From Elusimicrobiota bacterium (lineage in GTDB: Bacteria; Elusimicrobiota; Elusimicrobia; UBA1565; UBA9628): a stretch of 42,965 bases of DNA. The stretch lies in the NCBI GenBank assembly GCA_038060535.1, contig JBBTHA010000037.1:1-42965 (forward strand), written 5' to 3'. The position numbers and the translations under genes are program-made. The notes beneath the pieces are model-generated. The model searched no databases. It saw only the letters and a program-made list of their open reading frames with translations, and was not told where the DNA came from. Below, in pieces: positions 42,947 to 42,965 of the stretch; position 1 is the first letter of the stretch; each line of letters starts with the position of its first letter.

Positions 42947-42965
42947 GACGCATAGAAATGTCCGG

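Noticed and set aside
1-42965. CRISPR arrays, tRNA/rRNA, prophage, integrase or defence genes
   Set aside because: No regularly spaced repeats, cloverleaf motifs or mobile-element proteins were recognised. The intergenic spaces are short and accounted for.

Overview
GC-rich bacterial chromosomal window from a diderm, LPS-producing organism. Gene content and style tentatively suggest Elusimicrobiota, which is inference only. There are four blocks. (1) 287-16776 (-): one tightly coupled operon, pilMNOPQ followed directly by a glycan module (O-antigen-ligase/O-OTase-like protein, two YfhO-like GT-C proteins, a UPF0104/LPG-synthase-TM flippase-like protein, a Trm112-fused methyltransferase, GT4, Wzx and an AsnB-type amidotransferase). 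It is driven by a near-consensus sigma70 promoter that has a duplicated upstream copy and a terminator-like hairpin in the leader. (2) 17109-24206 (+), divergent: a 7-gene inositol operon (HAD phosphatase, nucleotidyltransferase, ATP-grasp, class III aminotransferase, Gfo/Idh/MocA dehydrogenase, CDP-alcohol phosphotransferase, myo-inositol-1-P synthase). It combines aminocyclitol (inosamine) enzymes with a CDP-inositol lipid/solute pathway and is the best candidate for an undescribed system. (3) 24407-37388 (+): bamA-skp-lpxD-lpxC-fabZ-lpxA-lpxI-gnnA-like-lpxB-msbA-rel(short)-lipoprotein. (4) rpmB plus a GT-C-like gene (-), recG (+), and a secreted protein with an EreA/ChaN/TIKI (RRSP/PMT-C2-like) domain. 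No rRNA, tRNA, CRISPR or transposase was recognised. All family calls come from motif recognition by eye, not from database searches. Several starts were moved downstream of the ORF-track starts based on stop/start overlaps.
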